A stretch of DNA of 64,000 bases from an uncultured Acidobacteriaceae bacterium. GTDB taxonomy: Bacteria; Acidobacteriota; Terriglobia; Acidiferrales; UBA7541. Positions 35,620 through 45,029 of the stretch are shown piece by piece; the stretch's first letter is position 1, and every line of letters starts with the position of its first letter. Under the pieces are notes generated by a model. It had not been told where the DNA came from. It did not search any database and was given only the letters and a program-made list of their open reading frames with translations. The stretch lies in assembly GCA_963773835.1 (NCBI GenBank), contig CAVZCQ010000006.1, positions 46,061 through 110,060 of the forward strand, written 5' to 3'. The translations under genes and the position numbers were made by a program.

Positions 35620-38600
35620 ATGAGACGCGGTCCTTCGGTGGTCTTTCTTTTTGGGGTGGCCAGCCTGGTACTGGCCGGATGGCTCATCTCCCTTCCGCTC
35701 CGGGGGCAATCCACGGGGGACCGTCCGCCAACAGCGAATCCGCGGGATGACGGAGACGAAAATTCCGCCTCGGGCCCTGAGAGTGAACGCGACGACGTCC
35801 GCGGCCGGGAGGAGTGGTTCTATCGCCAGCGGCGGTATCCGCTGGCGGCGATTCCGGGTGGCGCGCGACTGAAGGCGCTCGAGCGAAAAGAGGAGATGCG
35901 CCGCGCGCAGCGCGAACAGCGCAACGGCTCCGGCGGCGCGAATGCGAGCACCTTCATCGCCCTCCGAATGCTGGCCAGTGCCACGGCGTGGACTCCCATC
36001 GGTCCGACGCCGACCGCAGATGCCGACCCTGCCGTGGGGCTGGTATCGGGCCGGGTCACTGCGATCGCGGTGGACCCCACGAACTCCAACATTGTTTTTG
36101 TGGGTGGCGCCCAGGGCGGTGTGTGGAAGTCCACCGACGGGGGAGCGCACTGGCTGCCCATGTTCGACACGGAAAAAACGCTGGCCATCGGCTCGATCGC
36201 CATCGACCCTTCGAGCTGCGCTCCGGCGCCTTGCACAACCCTGTATGTGGGCACCGGCGAGCAGAATTTCTCCGGCGATTCCTACTATGGAGCGGGCATC
36301 TATAAATCCACAGATGGCGGCATGACCTGGGCCCAGGTCCTGGGCGAAACCATCCTGAACCCGCAGCCCGCCGCGCCGGATTCCTTTCTTCCGCCGGCAG
36401 CGCCGTTCAACCAGGCTGTCGGCGGCGCGCGCATCGGCGCATTGGTTGTGCATCCGGCGACGCCAACGCGAATTTTCGCTGCCGTGCAGATCTTCGAGAA
36501 CGTGGGAGGCGGCGCCAGCTCCGGCATCTATTGCTCGGATGATGAAGGCTCAACGTGGACGCAAGTAATTTCCGGCGCCATCGGAACCGACGTGGCCATC
36601 AATGCGACGGCAGGGATTGGCTATGCGGCGCTGGGATCAAACAATGGGGACACAGACAACCGCGACACGACAGGCCAGAACGGCGTGTACAAGTCCGTCA
36701 ATGTCAATGCGGCTTGCGCGAGCCAAACCTGGACGCTGGTGAGCAAGGCGCCCGTCCCACTGGCCACCGCTGCGGGGACGATCCGGCTGGGACTGGCCCC
36801 CTCCGACGCCAGCGGCAATACCTTGTACGCCGCGGTCACCAATCCCATCTCCTCGACCCCGCCTTTCAATACCACGCTCGCCGGCGTGTTCAAGACGGTC
36901 AATGGGGGGACGACGTGGACCGTCGTCACTCCTTCCCAGGATTTCTGCATGAACCAATGCGATTACGACCTGGCGCTGAAGGTTCACCCCAACGACGCCA
37001 ATACCGTATTTGCCGGCGGGTCGGCGGTCCGCGACAACGGCGGCCAGCCTTTCTTCCTGCTGCGAACGAACGACGGCGGCGCCACCTGGACGCAGATCGC
37101 GCAGGATTCAGGCGGCACGCTGCTGCACGTGGATCAGCATGCCATCGCATTTGGATTTACTGGTGCGAATGTGAGCTCGATCTTTGTGGGCAACGATGGG
37201 GGAATCTGGCGCTCGCCGCTGGCTGCGCCCATGAGCCCCATTGCCTGGACGAACCGGAACCAGACTCTGCAGCTCTCTCAGTTCTATCCCGGGATTTCGA
37301 TGGATCCGGCGACGGCGAATCTCGGCTTCGGAGGCACACAGGACAACGGCACGCAGAAATATGACGTCGCGGCCAACCCTCCGAACCAGTGGATTGAGCA
37401 GGCCCCGTGCGGGGACGGCGGCTACACGGCGATTGATCCGGCTTCGCCGAGCACCATTTATGCGGCTTGCCAGAAGATCCGTATTCGCAAGTCATTCAAC
37501 GACGGGGCGGACAATTTCTTCACCGCCGCGGACAGCGGCATCGCGCAATCCGACCGGTCTGAGTTCATCCCCCCGCTGGTGATTGATCCGAATCCGGCCA
37601 GCTCCAACCGGCTGTACTTCGGTACGTACCGCGTGTGGCAGACCGCCAACGGAGGAGGAAGCTGGATCGCGATTTCCCCCGATCTGACCGCCGGTCCTGC
37701 GAACTCCCCCGATTTGACCAGCCTCTCTGTGTCTCCCGTGAATTCCGACGTAGTTTACGCAGGAACGTTTGACAGCAAAGTGTGGCGCACCACAAATGCC
37801 AGCTCCGGGAGCGGAGCCACATGGACGGAACTGGACGGGGGTACGCTCCCGCCGCGAGCCATCACCGAGGTTGTCGCCGACCCCAACCGTGCGGATTCCG
37901 TGTTCGTCACCGTTTCGGGTTTCAGTGGATTCCAGATCAACCCGCCGGCGACGGACACGCAGGGGCACGTGTTCCGTTGCTCCGCCACCCAGTCCTCCTG
38001 CACGGACATCAGCGGCGCTGGGGCCGGCGCTTTGCCTAACGTGCCGGTCAACGCCATCGTGGTGGACCCGATTGACGCCATCAGCGACACCCTGTACATC
38101 GGCACCGACGTCGGCGTGTTTGCGAGCCTGGACGGAGGCACCACCTGGCAGCCCGATTTTCCCGGGGCGCCGAATGGGCTGCCCAACGTGGCCGTACTTT
38201 CATTGACGCTGCAGCCCACGGTGCGAATTCTGCGGGCCGGCACGCACGGGCGCGGCGCCTGGGACCTGCAGCTTTCCAATGTGGCGCCTCTCCGGCTGGC
38301 CTCCCTGGCGCCGAACACCGCGCCGGTGACCACGATGAGCCTGTTGCTGACGTTGACCGGAGGGGGTTTCACATCGAACTCCACGGTATTGTTCAACGGC
38401 GTCACGCACACGCCGTCGTTGCAGAGCTCGATGCAGATGACGGCCACGCTGAATGCGGGCGACTTTTCGAGCGTCGGCCCGGTGAACGTGCAGGTATCCG
38501 ACCCGGTGGGCGGCCTCTCCGACACGATGACTTTCACGATCACGAACGACTTCAAGTTCTGTGTGGGTGTGAGCGCGGGCATGGCGTGCCCCATCACGGG

Positions 38601-39165
38601 CTCTGGTTCCACACCCCGCGGGGTTGCGCTGGCCACCCCGCTCACGATTATGCCTGCCCAGAGCGCTCCCTTCCCTGCCAACGTGCTGTTCTCCTGTTTG
38701 GGATTGCCGAACGAGTCGTCGTGCAACTTCACGAGCACCGCGCCTGGATTCAGCGCCAATCCGCCGACGTTGCCAGCCTCCGCTGGAACGATGGGGAACA
38801 CGCAGGTGACCGTATCGTTCATGACCACCGCCCCGTCGCTCGTGGCGCCGCGAGGGCGCCGGCGGGGGCCCCCGGTGGCCGCGCCGCCGGTCGTAGTCTT
38901 TGCCTGGGGCTCGCTGCTGGCCGCACTGAGCGCCGGGCTGATCGCCGCTGCTCGCCAGCGCCGCACACGGCTGCGTTGGGTATTCGCGGTCCTGCTGCTC
39001 CTGGCGTTCGCGGGGATGACCGGCGGCTGCGGAGGCAGCAGCGGGAATGGAGGCGGAGGAGGCGGGGGAAATCCAGGGACCATGCCGGGAACATATCCCA
39101 TCACAGTGATGGCCACGTCCGGCAGCGTGTCTCACAGCGTCACGTACACGCTGACGGTGCAGTAG
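35620..39165 (+). CDS. Paralogue of the giant gene without the IPT array (~1181 aa): signal peptide, BNR/Asp-box propeller, one IPT/TIG, the same C-terminal split Ig/TM-hairpin module
   Basis: Track ORF 35599..39165; ATG 35620 has RBS agggag. The N-terminus is collinear with the giant protein (GRVTAIAVDPTNSNIVFVGGAQGGVWKSTDGGAHWLPMFD vs [40 protein letters not shown]). The last 9 aa, VTYTLTVQ plus stop, are identical. Confidence 0.9.
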   Translation: MRRGPSVVFLFGVASLVLAGWLISLPLRGQSTGDRPPTANPRDDGDENSASGPESERDDVRGREEWFYRQRRYPLAAIPGGARLKALERKEEMRRAQREQRNGSGGANASTFIALRMLASATAWTPIGPTPTADADPAVGLVSGRVTAIAVDPTNSNIVFVGGAQGGVWKSTDGGAHWLPMFDTEKTLAIGSIAIDPSSCAPAPCTTLYVGTGEQNFSGDSYYGAGIYKSTDGGMTWAQVLGETILNPQPAAPDSFLPPAAPFNQAVGGARIGALVVHPATPTRIFAAVQIFENVGGGASSGIYCSDDEGSTWTQVISGAIGTDVAINATAGIGYAALGSNNGDTDNRDTTGQNGVYKSVNVNAACASQTWTLVSKAPVPLATAAGTIRLGLAPSDASGNTLYAAVTNPISSTPPFNTTLAGVFKTVNGGTTWTVVTPSQDFCMNQCDYDLALKVHPNDANTVFAGGSAVRDNGGQPFFLLRTNDGGATWTQIAQDSGGTLLHVDQHAIAFGFTGANVSSIFVGNDGGIWRSPLAAPMSPIAWTNRNQTLQLSQFYPGISMDPATANLGFGGTQDNGTQKYDVAANPPNQWIEQAPCGDGGYTAIDPASPSTIYAACQKIRIRKSFNDGADNFFTAADSGIAQSDRSEFIPPLVIDPNPASSNRLYFGTYRVWQTANGGGSWIAISPDLTAGPANSPDLTSLSVSPVNSDVVYAGTFDSKVWRTTNASSGSGATWTELDGGTLPPRAITEVVADPNRADSVFVTVSGFSGFQINPPATDTQGHVFRCSATQSSCTDISGAGAGALPNVPVNAIVVDPIDAISDTLYIGTDVGVFASLDGGTTWQPDFPGAPNGLPNVAVLSLTLQPTVRILRAGTHGRGAWDLQLSNVAPLRLASLAPNTAPVTTMSLLLTLTGGGFTSNSTVLFNGVTHTPSLQSSMQMTATLNAGDFSSVGPVNVQVSDPVGGLSDTMTFTITNDFKFCVGVSAGMACPITGSGSTPRGVALATPLTIMPAQSAPFPANVLFSCLGLPNESSCNFTSTAPGFSANPPTLPASAGTMGNTQVTVSFMTTAPSLVAPRGRRRGPPVAAPPVVVFAWGSLLAALSAGLIAAARQRRTRLRWVFAVLLLLAFAGMTGGCGGSSGNGGGGGGGNPGTMPGTYPITVMATSGSVSHSVTYTLTVQ

Positions 39166-39184
39166 GGGCGGCTTTATGCCGCCC
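39166..39184. terminator. Hairpin GGGCGGC-TTTAT-GCCGCCC between convergent genes
   Basis: Read directly. It starts immediately after the TAG stop at 39163-39165. Confidence 0.35.
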
Positions 39185-39272
39185 TGCCCGGAGCTTAGCC
39201 GCCAATGAAAAGGCCCGGAACCGATCACATCGGCTCCAGGCCTCTTGCTTGAAAGCTGGCCAGGACTGGAAC

Positions 39273-41696
39273 CTAGGGCACAATCGGAATCGTAAAGTTC
39301 CGCTCCACGAACTGCCCCGCGGGAGTCGCTGGAAGAACCGAGGCATCGGTCACCCGGATGATGAATCCATTGACGCCGCCGCAGGTGGTCCCGGCCGTGC
39401 CAGCGGCAGTTCCGGAGATCTCGCCCGAAGTCGGGTTCAGCGTCAGACCGGCACAATTCGGATCCGACGCCAGGACGCCGTCCGGATTGCTCCAGGTGCG
39501 CTTCACGGCTCCGGTGGAGTCCACGACCGTGCCGCCGGCTGCCACGATAAAAGTGGCGTAGGGGTTTGCCGCCAGCGAAGCCGACGGAAGAGCGAATGGA
39601 GAGGCCGGGGCAAAGCCACCGGTGGTGAAATGGAGCGCCGGATCCACCATCAGGTCGAGTAGCTGCGGGCAGGAGCCTCCGTTGCCGCAAGGGTTTGTCG
39701 GAGCAGCGGAGAGCGGCGCCGGGTCAGTTGAGATGGCCGGGTCGATCACGGCTACGTCGGTCGCAATGTTGTACTCGATGGGGATGATGGTGTCCGAATC
39801 TTGGCAGCTCACGAATAAACGAGTGCCGGAGGGGGCGCCCGTCAATCGGGCCTTGATATCAACCGGCGTTTCGCAGCCCGATATCTGCGGGTTGGTACCG
39901 GGAGGCACGGGCAGGCTGATTGTGGCCACGGGAGCGGTGAAGTTGACCGTGCTGAGGTCCCCTGCCGAGATGTCGTACACCTGCACCGCGTTGTTGATCT
40001 GAGGCGTATTTGTGACGTCAAGACAATTGACAAACAGGCGATTGCCATCCGGCGAGGCGGTGAGGCCGGACACCACGTCGCCGTTCGCGCAGACATTGGC
40101 CGGCACGGTCGGGATCGTGTTGACCTGGGTGGAACCCGCCGACGCCGTAGTGATGGAGACAAAAATAAAGGCCCCGGTATTGTCGCGTGTGGCCGTATAC
40201 ACGTAATTCCCGCGCGGGTCCGTCGCGATTCCTCCTGCTCGCAGCCCGTTGCTCAGTGTGGTGGCCACGGTGGGAGCGGCGGCAATAGGTGTAGTGGGAA
40301 GACTCAGCACGCTGAACGTCGTGCACGGGGGGTTAGCTCCGACACAAGTTCCCGAGGGCAGATAATTCAAGGACAGGAAAGCCAAGCTGCCATCCGTGCT
40401 CAACGAAATGTTGTTGGCGTTGGGGACGATAAGGGCATCAGCTCCCGACAGGGTAGTCGGCACGAGTCCCGGATCTTCGGCGTCCGGAATCGGCTCCACA
40501 GTGGCTGAAGCCTGAGCACCGTCCGTGGGCTCGGACAGCCAGGCGTCATACCGGAAATTCCTCTGGACGGAGCAGGGAGGCGTTCCGCACGCAAACGCAG
40601 TGGAAAAGAACTTCTGGTTCCCGATATCAATCGCGCTGGGGTTGAACGTACCCGTGTTCGATACCACGATGGAATTGACCGCCAAGTCGCTGGCTGCGCA
40701 TCCCGGCGCCACGCACCCCGTGACCGTCGAGATCGAGTCAACCACCGAAACGTCGTGAGTATTCCCCTGTTTAGGCGCGTACACCCACTCGCCATCCGGT
40801 GAAACGCGGGCCGCAACCGGGTTGGCAGGGTTGACCGCGCTCGTTCTCAAGGAGATGAAGTTGACGGGGCTGAAGCCGTTGCTGTCGAAAGACACCACCG
40901 TGGAACCCATCTCTGCAGCACCCGATGCAAAGGTGGCTACGAAACCGTACTCCGGGAGAACTTTGTTGGTGGTGGTAAAGGTCGGGCAAGTGGTGGCGGT
41001 GGTGCAATTGGGCGTGGTGGGGTTGCTCGAATCGGTCACCGTAAAGGTGGTGGAGATCGTCGGCGTGCCCGGGGTGGAAGCCGTCGTGGGCGTTCCAACG
41101 TAATATCCCCTCTGTTGGGTCGCATCGTCGGTGGGCAGCGGAGAGGGATTGACGAACACGACTCCAGCTATCCCGCCCGCTGTCGTGGACCATGTGTAAG
41201 CAGGAGGAGGAGCGGCAGACGGGATTCCCCCGTTGTTGCTATAGAAAATCGCGCTATAGGGCTCGCCCACCGTGCCGTTCTCCAGGAACGTGTTTCCGAT
41301 CGTCAGCTCGGGAACTACGGTGATCGAGTCGGTGTTCCTCACACTGGCCGGGTCAGTGGCCACGGTGGCTGCCGGGGTGGTGGCATCGGCCGTATCCGCG
41401 AGGGTTATGGTGCCGGTCGCAGTGCTCCCCGTCACCCCGGCGCCTCCGCTATTGCAAGTCAACGTCAGCGTGGAATCCGCAGCGTTCGCTTGCGTGGGGC
41501 AGGTAATCGGCGTGGGGAAGCCCGAGCCCATGATCATCACGGTCGGCAGCCCTTCGCCGGCTGCCACCATGTAAGTCAGGTCCTGACTACCCTGCGGCGT
41601 GCCGTACTGCCGCCCGGTGACGGCATTCGTCACAGGGTTGGGACTCGGCAGGCTGATCGCCAATTGAAGACGGATGGTGATCGTTTTGGAAACCAC
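39273..41696 (-). CDS. C-terminal part (~815 codons) of a large lipoprotein adhesin: cadherin-like/He_PIG-type Ig modules + YVTN/lactonase-like beta-propeller + terminal Ig module; joined to the upstream ORF by a frameshift
   Basis: The apparent GTG start is an artefact. The frame is open upstream and reads ...SSTGTTAVVSKTITIRLQLAISLPSPNPVT, continuing the repeat pattern of the upstream ORF. Propeller-like blades include GNYVYTATRDNTGAFIFVSI, NRLFVNCLDVTN and GTRLFVSCQDSDTIIPI. Confidence 0.8.
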   Translation of the reverse strand: MVSKTITIRLQLAISLPSPNPVTNAVTGRQYGTPQGSQDLTYMVAAGEGLPTVMIMGSGFPTPITCPTQANAADSTLTLTCNSGGAGVTGSTATGTITLADTADATTPAATVATDPASVRNTDSITVVPELTIGNTFLENGTVGEPYSAIFYSNNGGIPSAAPPPAYTWSTTAGGIAGVVFVNPSPLPTDDATQQRGYYVGTPTTASTPGTPTISTTFTVTDSSNPTTPNCTTATTCPTFTTTNKVLPEYGFVATFASGAAEMGSTVVSFDSNGFSPVNFISLRTSAVNPANPVAARVSPDGEWVYAPKQGNTHDVSVVDSISTVTGCVAPGCAASDLAVNSIVVSNTGTFNPSAIDIGNQKFFSTAFACGTPPCSVQRNFRYDAWLSEPTDGAQASATVEPIPDAEDPGLVPTTLSGADALIVPNANNISLSTDGSLAFLSLNYLPSGTCVGANPPCTTFSVLSLPTTPIAAAPTVATTLSNGLRAGGIATDPRGNYVYTATRDNTGAFIFVSITTASAGSTQVNTIPTVPANVCANGDVVSGLTASPDGNRLFVNCLDVTNTPQINNAVQVYDISAGDLSTVNFTAPVATISLPVPPGTNPQISGCETPVDIKARLTGAPSGTRLFVSCQDSDTIIPIEYNIATDVAVIDPAISTDPAPLSAAPTNPCGNGGSCPQLLDLMVDPALHFTTGGFAPASPFALPSASLAANPYATFIVAAGGTVVDSTGAVKRTWSNPDGVLASDPNCAGLTLNPTSGEISGTAAGTAGTTCGGVNGFIIRVTDASVLPATPAGQFVERNFTIPIVP

Positions 41697-44600
41697 GGCT
41701 GTGGTTCCGGTGCTCGAATCCGCTGGGCGTCGTCGCGTTGGCCGTATCGTCGAAAGTGATCATGAATGGGTATGCCCCGGCTGTGGCCCCAATTGGCGTA
41801 GTCCCGCCAGTGCAGGTAACCACAGTGTTCGCGCCGTTGGCAGTGCAAGCCACCGCGCTGGGAACGCCGTTTACTGCGGGAGCACCCACGGTAGCCGGCA
41901 GGGTGATCGTGTACCCAGTTGCGCCGGGAATACCGCCCATGGCGTCGTAAATCAAAGCCTTGAAGCCGGCCATGGTATTGCCGTAGGTCCGGTTGACGAC
42001 GCCGAACGGTGGCGGGTCAACGCTCGCTGCATCCACGGTGAACGACAGGGCGGCGTTAACCGTGAGCGAGTCCATCCTCTGGCTGGCAGGGTCGGTGCCC
42101 GTGGTGGCGGCCGGAGTGGTGGCGTTTGCCGTATCGGTAGCGGTGACCGTACCGGTGGCAGTGGCTCCGGTGACGTTCATGTTGCTGCTGTTGCAATGCA
42201 TCGTCAGCGTGGAATCTGCTGCGTTGTTTACCGTGGTGCAGGTAATGGGGGCGGGGAAGCCCGCGCCCATCAGGGTGACGGTCGGCAACCCCTCGCCCGC
42301 CGACAGGCTATACAGCAGGTCCTGACTGCCCGCAGGAGTGCCGTACGGGCGTCCGTTGACCGCGGGGGTCACAGGATTCGGACTCGGCGCGTTGATTGCC
42401 AGTTGCTTCCGGATGGTGATGGTCCGGGCAATATTGGAGGTGGTGCCGGACTGCGAACCGCTGGGCGTTGTTGGGTTGGCCGTGTCGTCCAGAACGATCT
42501 GGAACGGGTACGCACCGAACGCCGCCGTAATTACCGCGGCCCCGCTCGTACACGTGTCCACCGTGCCGGCGGCGTTGGGAGTACAGGCCACATTCTGGGG
42601 AACGCCGTTCGCCGCAGGGGCAGCCACCGAAGGCGGCTGCGTAAACGTGTAGCCCGTCACTGCGTTCGGAATTCCGCCCGTGGCGTCATAGATGAGAGCT
42701 TTGAAACCAGCGCCTACGTTGCCGTATGTCCGGTTGACCACCCCGTTGGTCGGCGGGTCTTGTCCCGCCGCATCCGGAGCGAGCGCCAGCGGCAGATTCA
42801 CGGTGATCGAGCCGGGAATGGCGGCCGGCTGGGTCCCCGAGGTCATGGCGCTCGGCGTGGTGGCGTTTGCAGTGTCATTCAGCGTGATCGAGAAACTATA
42901 TAGGCCCATGCCCGCCGAAACCGTTGAGGCGCCGCTAGTGCACTCCTCTTTTGTCGCGCTCGTCATGGTGCAAGCTACGGCATTCGGCACCCCGGTGCCC
43001 GGCGCGTTGATCGTCGCCGGGAGTCCAAATATGTAAGCCGGCAATCCGCCCGTGGCATCAAAGGCCAAATCCTTGAATCCAGCCCCCGTATTTCCATAGC
43101 TCCGGCCCATTACCGCAGGGGGCGCGGGATTCACTGCGGCAGAGTTGACATCGACGGCCAGGGCCAGCACTGCATTCACGTTGATCGAGGCAGGTGTGGA
43201 AGGTTGCGTCCCCGAGGCCATGGCGCTGGGCGTGGCCGTGTTGCCCGTGTCATTCGGCGTGATCGTGAAGGAATACAACCCGGGGCTCGCCGATACCGTG
43301 GAGGCGCCGCTGGTGCACTCCTCCTTTGTCGCAGCCGTCTGGGAGCAGGCCACCGCATTCGGCACACCGGTGCCGGGAGCGTTGAGCTGTGTCACCGCCG
43401 CAAAGGTATAGGGAGTCAGCCCTCCGGCAACATCGAACGCCAAATCCTTGAAGCCCGCAGCAGTGTTCCCGTAGGTCCTGCCCATGACGGCCGCAGGCGC
43501 GGGATTAACAGCCGGCACCCCCGCGGGGTCCAGCGACAGCGTCAGCGCCGGGTGGATCGTCAGCGCCACCGCTGCGGACGCCGGGATCGTGTTGGCCGGA
43601 ACGACCACCACCATCATCCCAGGCAGCAAATTCGGATCGAAAATCGGCGAATCCTTACCCGTAACGGTCAAGCTCAACGAGCCCGGGGACGTCGCCATAC
43701 TCAAGTTGCCCGTGCTCGCCAGGTCGCAAGTTGCCGGCGCTGCAACGGTCTCCCCCAGCGGGTTCCCCATCAAATTGGTACCCGCCGTGAATCCACAGGC
43801 TGTCAGCGGCATGTTGCCGACGGTCGCGGATACGTTCGTCGTCAGCGGGGGAGGCGCAAGAGGAGCATTGCCGTACGTGCGCCCCACCACTCCGTCGGGA
43901 AACGCAGCAGGCAGGGGGGTGTTGAAACTGAACTCCGAGCGCACCATCAAGTTGTTGGCGAAAGCGCCCGCCGCACTGGTACCGGAAGGCACCACCAGCA
44001 GATCCCCCGCTGGCACAGCGGCACCCGCAGCAAGGGGAATGACGGCTCCCGAGGGGAATGTCTCGACGAGTTGGGTATCCGTTGCCGTGACTGCCACCTG
44101 CGTCGGATCGGACACCGGGGGCATCCCGGACATCAGCCCGGCAGCGTTCGCCGGCCCGTTAATCGTGAAGGTGCACGCCGCGGTCGTGGCGGCGGGGGCC
44201 GTGCTGGCAAGCCCATCGAAGGGCAGCCCGACAACCATGCAGGTATATGGAGCTCCAGCCATAGCAAGTTGAGTTCCGCCCGTGATCGCGACCGAGAGAT
44301 TCTGCGTGTAGGCGCGGCCATTCACGGCATTGGCCAGGGAGAGCGCGGAGGCGTTTGTCGCCAGCGCCGGATTGATCGTGAGAGTAAGGGACGGCGAGAA
44401 AGCTACCTGTGGCGTCGGCGTGCCACTGTCCGTCACCTTGACGGATACCGCGCTGGAGCTCGCTACCGTGGCCATGCCCGTAACCTGACAGGACGTTCCG
44501 CCACCGGGAGTCGCGCTGAACGTTGCGGAAGCGCCAGAGAGGGGTCCCGCCGCTTGGAGGACACACGTGAATGGCGCCGTCCCTCCGGTGAAAACAAAAT

Positions 44601-44850
44601 CGTACGTATACGAGCGTCCAGCAACTCCGTTCGCCAATGCTGAGGTTGTAAACACCAATCCGCCCGGGTTCGGAATGGGGAGCCCGGAGGGCAGACCATG
44701 CGAGCCGCTCGCGCAGCCGGACAGGCCGCCCAGCGCGGCGAGCATCAGCACAAGGGCGCAGGCGCTTGCCACCCAGGAAATCTTCGAATGGGGAGTTGAG
44801 GCAGACCCTGCCAACCCCGCAGTTTCTACGTGCGATCTGGAAAGAAACAT
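41587..44850 (-). CDS. N-terminal part of the same lipoprotein adhesin: lipoprotein signal peptide + ~9 Thr/Ala/Gly-rich Ig-like (He_PIG/cadherin-like) modules; the true reading frame leaves this ORF near 41719
   Basis: ATG 44850 has RBS gggagga 6 nt upstream (the track ORF starts at GTG 44907). The signal is HSKISWVASACALVLMLAALGGLSGC with lipobox LSGC. The ~125-aa modules repeat as ...NPAP.AVMGR.YGN..AGFK.L.[FY]D..GG...Y.F... Confidence 0.8.
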   Translation of the reverse strand: MFLSRSHVETAGLAGSASTPHSKISWVASACALVLMLAALGGLSGCASGSHGLPSGLPIPNPGGLVFTTSALANGVAGRSYTYDFVFTGGTAPFTCVLQAAGPLSGASATFSATPGGGTSCQVTGMATVASSSAVSVKVTDSGTPTPQVAFSPSLTLTINPALATNASALSLANAVNGRAYTQNLSVAITGGTQLAMAGAPYTCMVVGLPFDGLASTAPAATTAACTFTINGPANAAGLMSGMPPVSDPTQVAVTATDTQLVETFPSGAVIPLAAGAAVPAGDLLVVPSGTSAAGAFANNLMVRSEFSFNTPLPAAFPDGVVGRTYGNAPLAPPPLTTNVSATVGNMPLTACGFTAGTNLMGNPLGETVAAPATCDLASTGNLSMATSPGSLSLTVTGKDSPIFDPNLLPGMMVVVVPANTIPASAAVALTIHPALTLSLDPAGVPAVNPAPAAVMGRTYGNTAAGFKDLAFDVAGGLTPYTFAAVTQLNAPGTGVPNAVACSQTAATKEECTSGASTVSASPGLYSFTITPNDTGNTATPSAMASGTQPSTPASINVNAVLALAVDVNSAAVNPAPPAVMGRSYGNTGAGFKDLAFDATGGLPAYIFGLPATINAPGTGVPNAVACTMTSATKEECTSGASTVSAGMGLYSFSITLNDTANATTPSAMTSGTQPAAIPGSITVNLPLALAPDAAGQDPPTNGVVNRTYGNVGAGFKALIYDATGGIPNAVTGYTFTQPPSVAAPAANGVPQNVACTPNAAGTVDTCTSGAAVITAAFGAYPFQIVLDDTANPTTPSGSQSGTTSNIARTITIRKQLAINAPSPNPVTPAVNGRPYGTPAGSQDLLYSLSAGEGLPTVTLMGAGFPAPITCTTVNNAADSTLTMHCNSSNMNVTGATATGTVTATDTANATTPAATTGTDPASQRMDSLTVNAALSFTVDAASVDPPPFGVVNRTYGNTMAGFKALIYDAMGGIPGATGYTITLPATVGAPAVNGVPSAVACTANGANTVVTCTGGTTPIGATAGAYPFMITFDDTANATTPSGFEHRNHSRGFQNDHHPSSIGDQPAESQPCDECRHRAAVRHAAG

Positions 44851-44946
44851 ACACGTCCTCCCATGAGTACGGAGTGCGAAGACAAAGTGGCCCGACCCCA
44901 AATACACGACGACCCCTCAGCGTCCGTCGTTTTGGCAAGCTACTAC

Positions 44947-44975
44947 GCGGCTTGGTTATCGTCAAGGCAAAACAA
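44947..44975 (-). promoter_or_regulatory. Candidate sigma-70-like promoter TTGACG-N17-TAGCTT (minus strand) for the lipoprotein adhesin
   Basis: The minus strand reads ttgccTTGACGataaccaagccgcgtagTAGCTTgcc. The -35 is at 44975-44970 and the -10 at 44952-44947. Confidence 0.35.
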
Positions 44976-45029
44976 ACCAGGGAGCGCGCAGCGTGTCCGA
45001 TGGTTCACTCCCTTTTTTGGAAGAAATCC

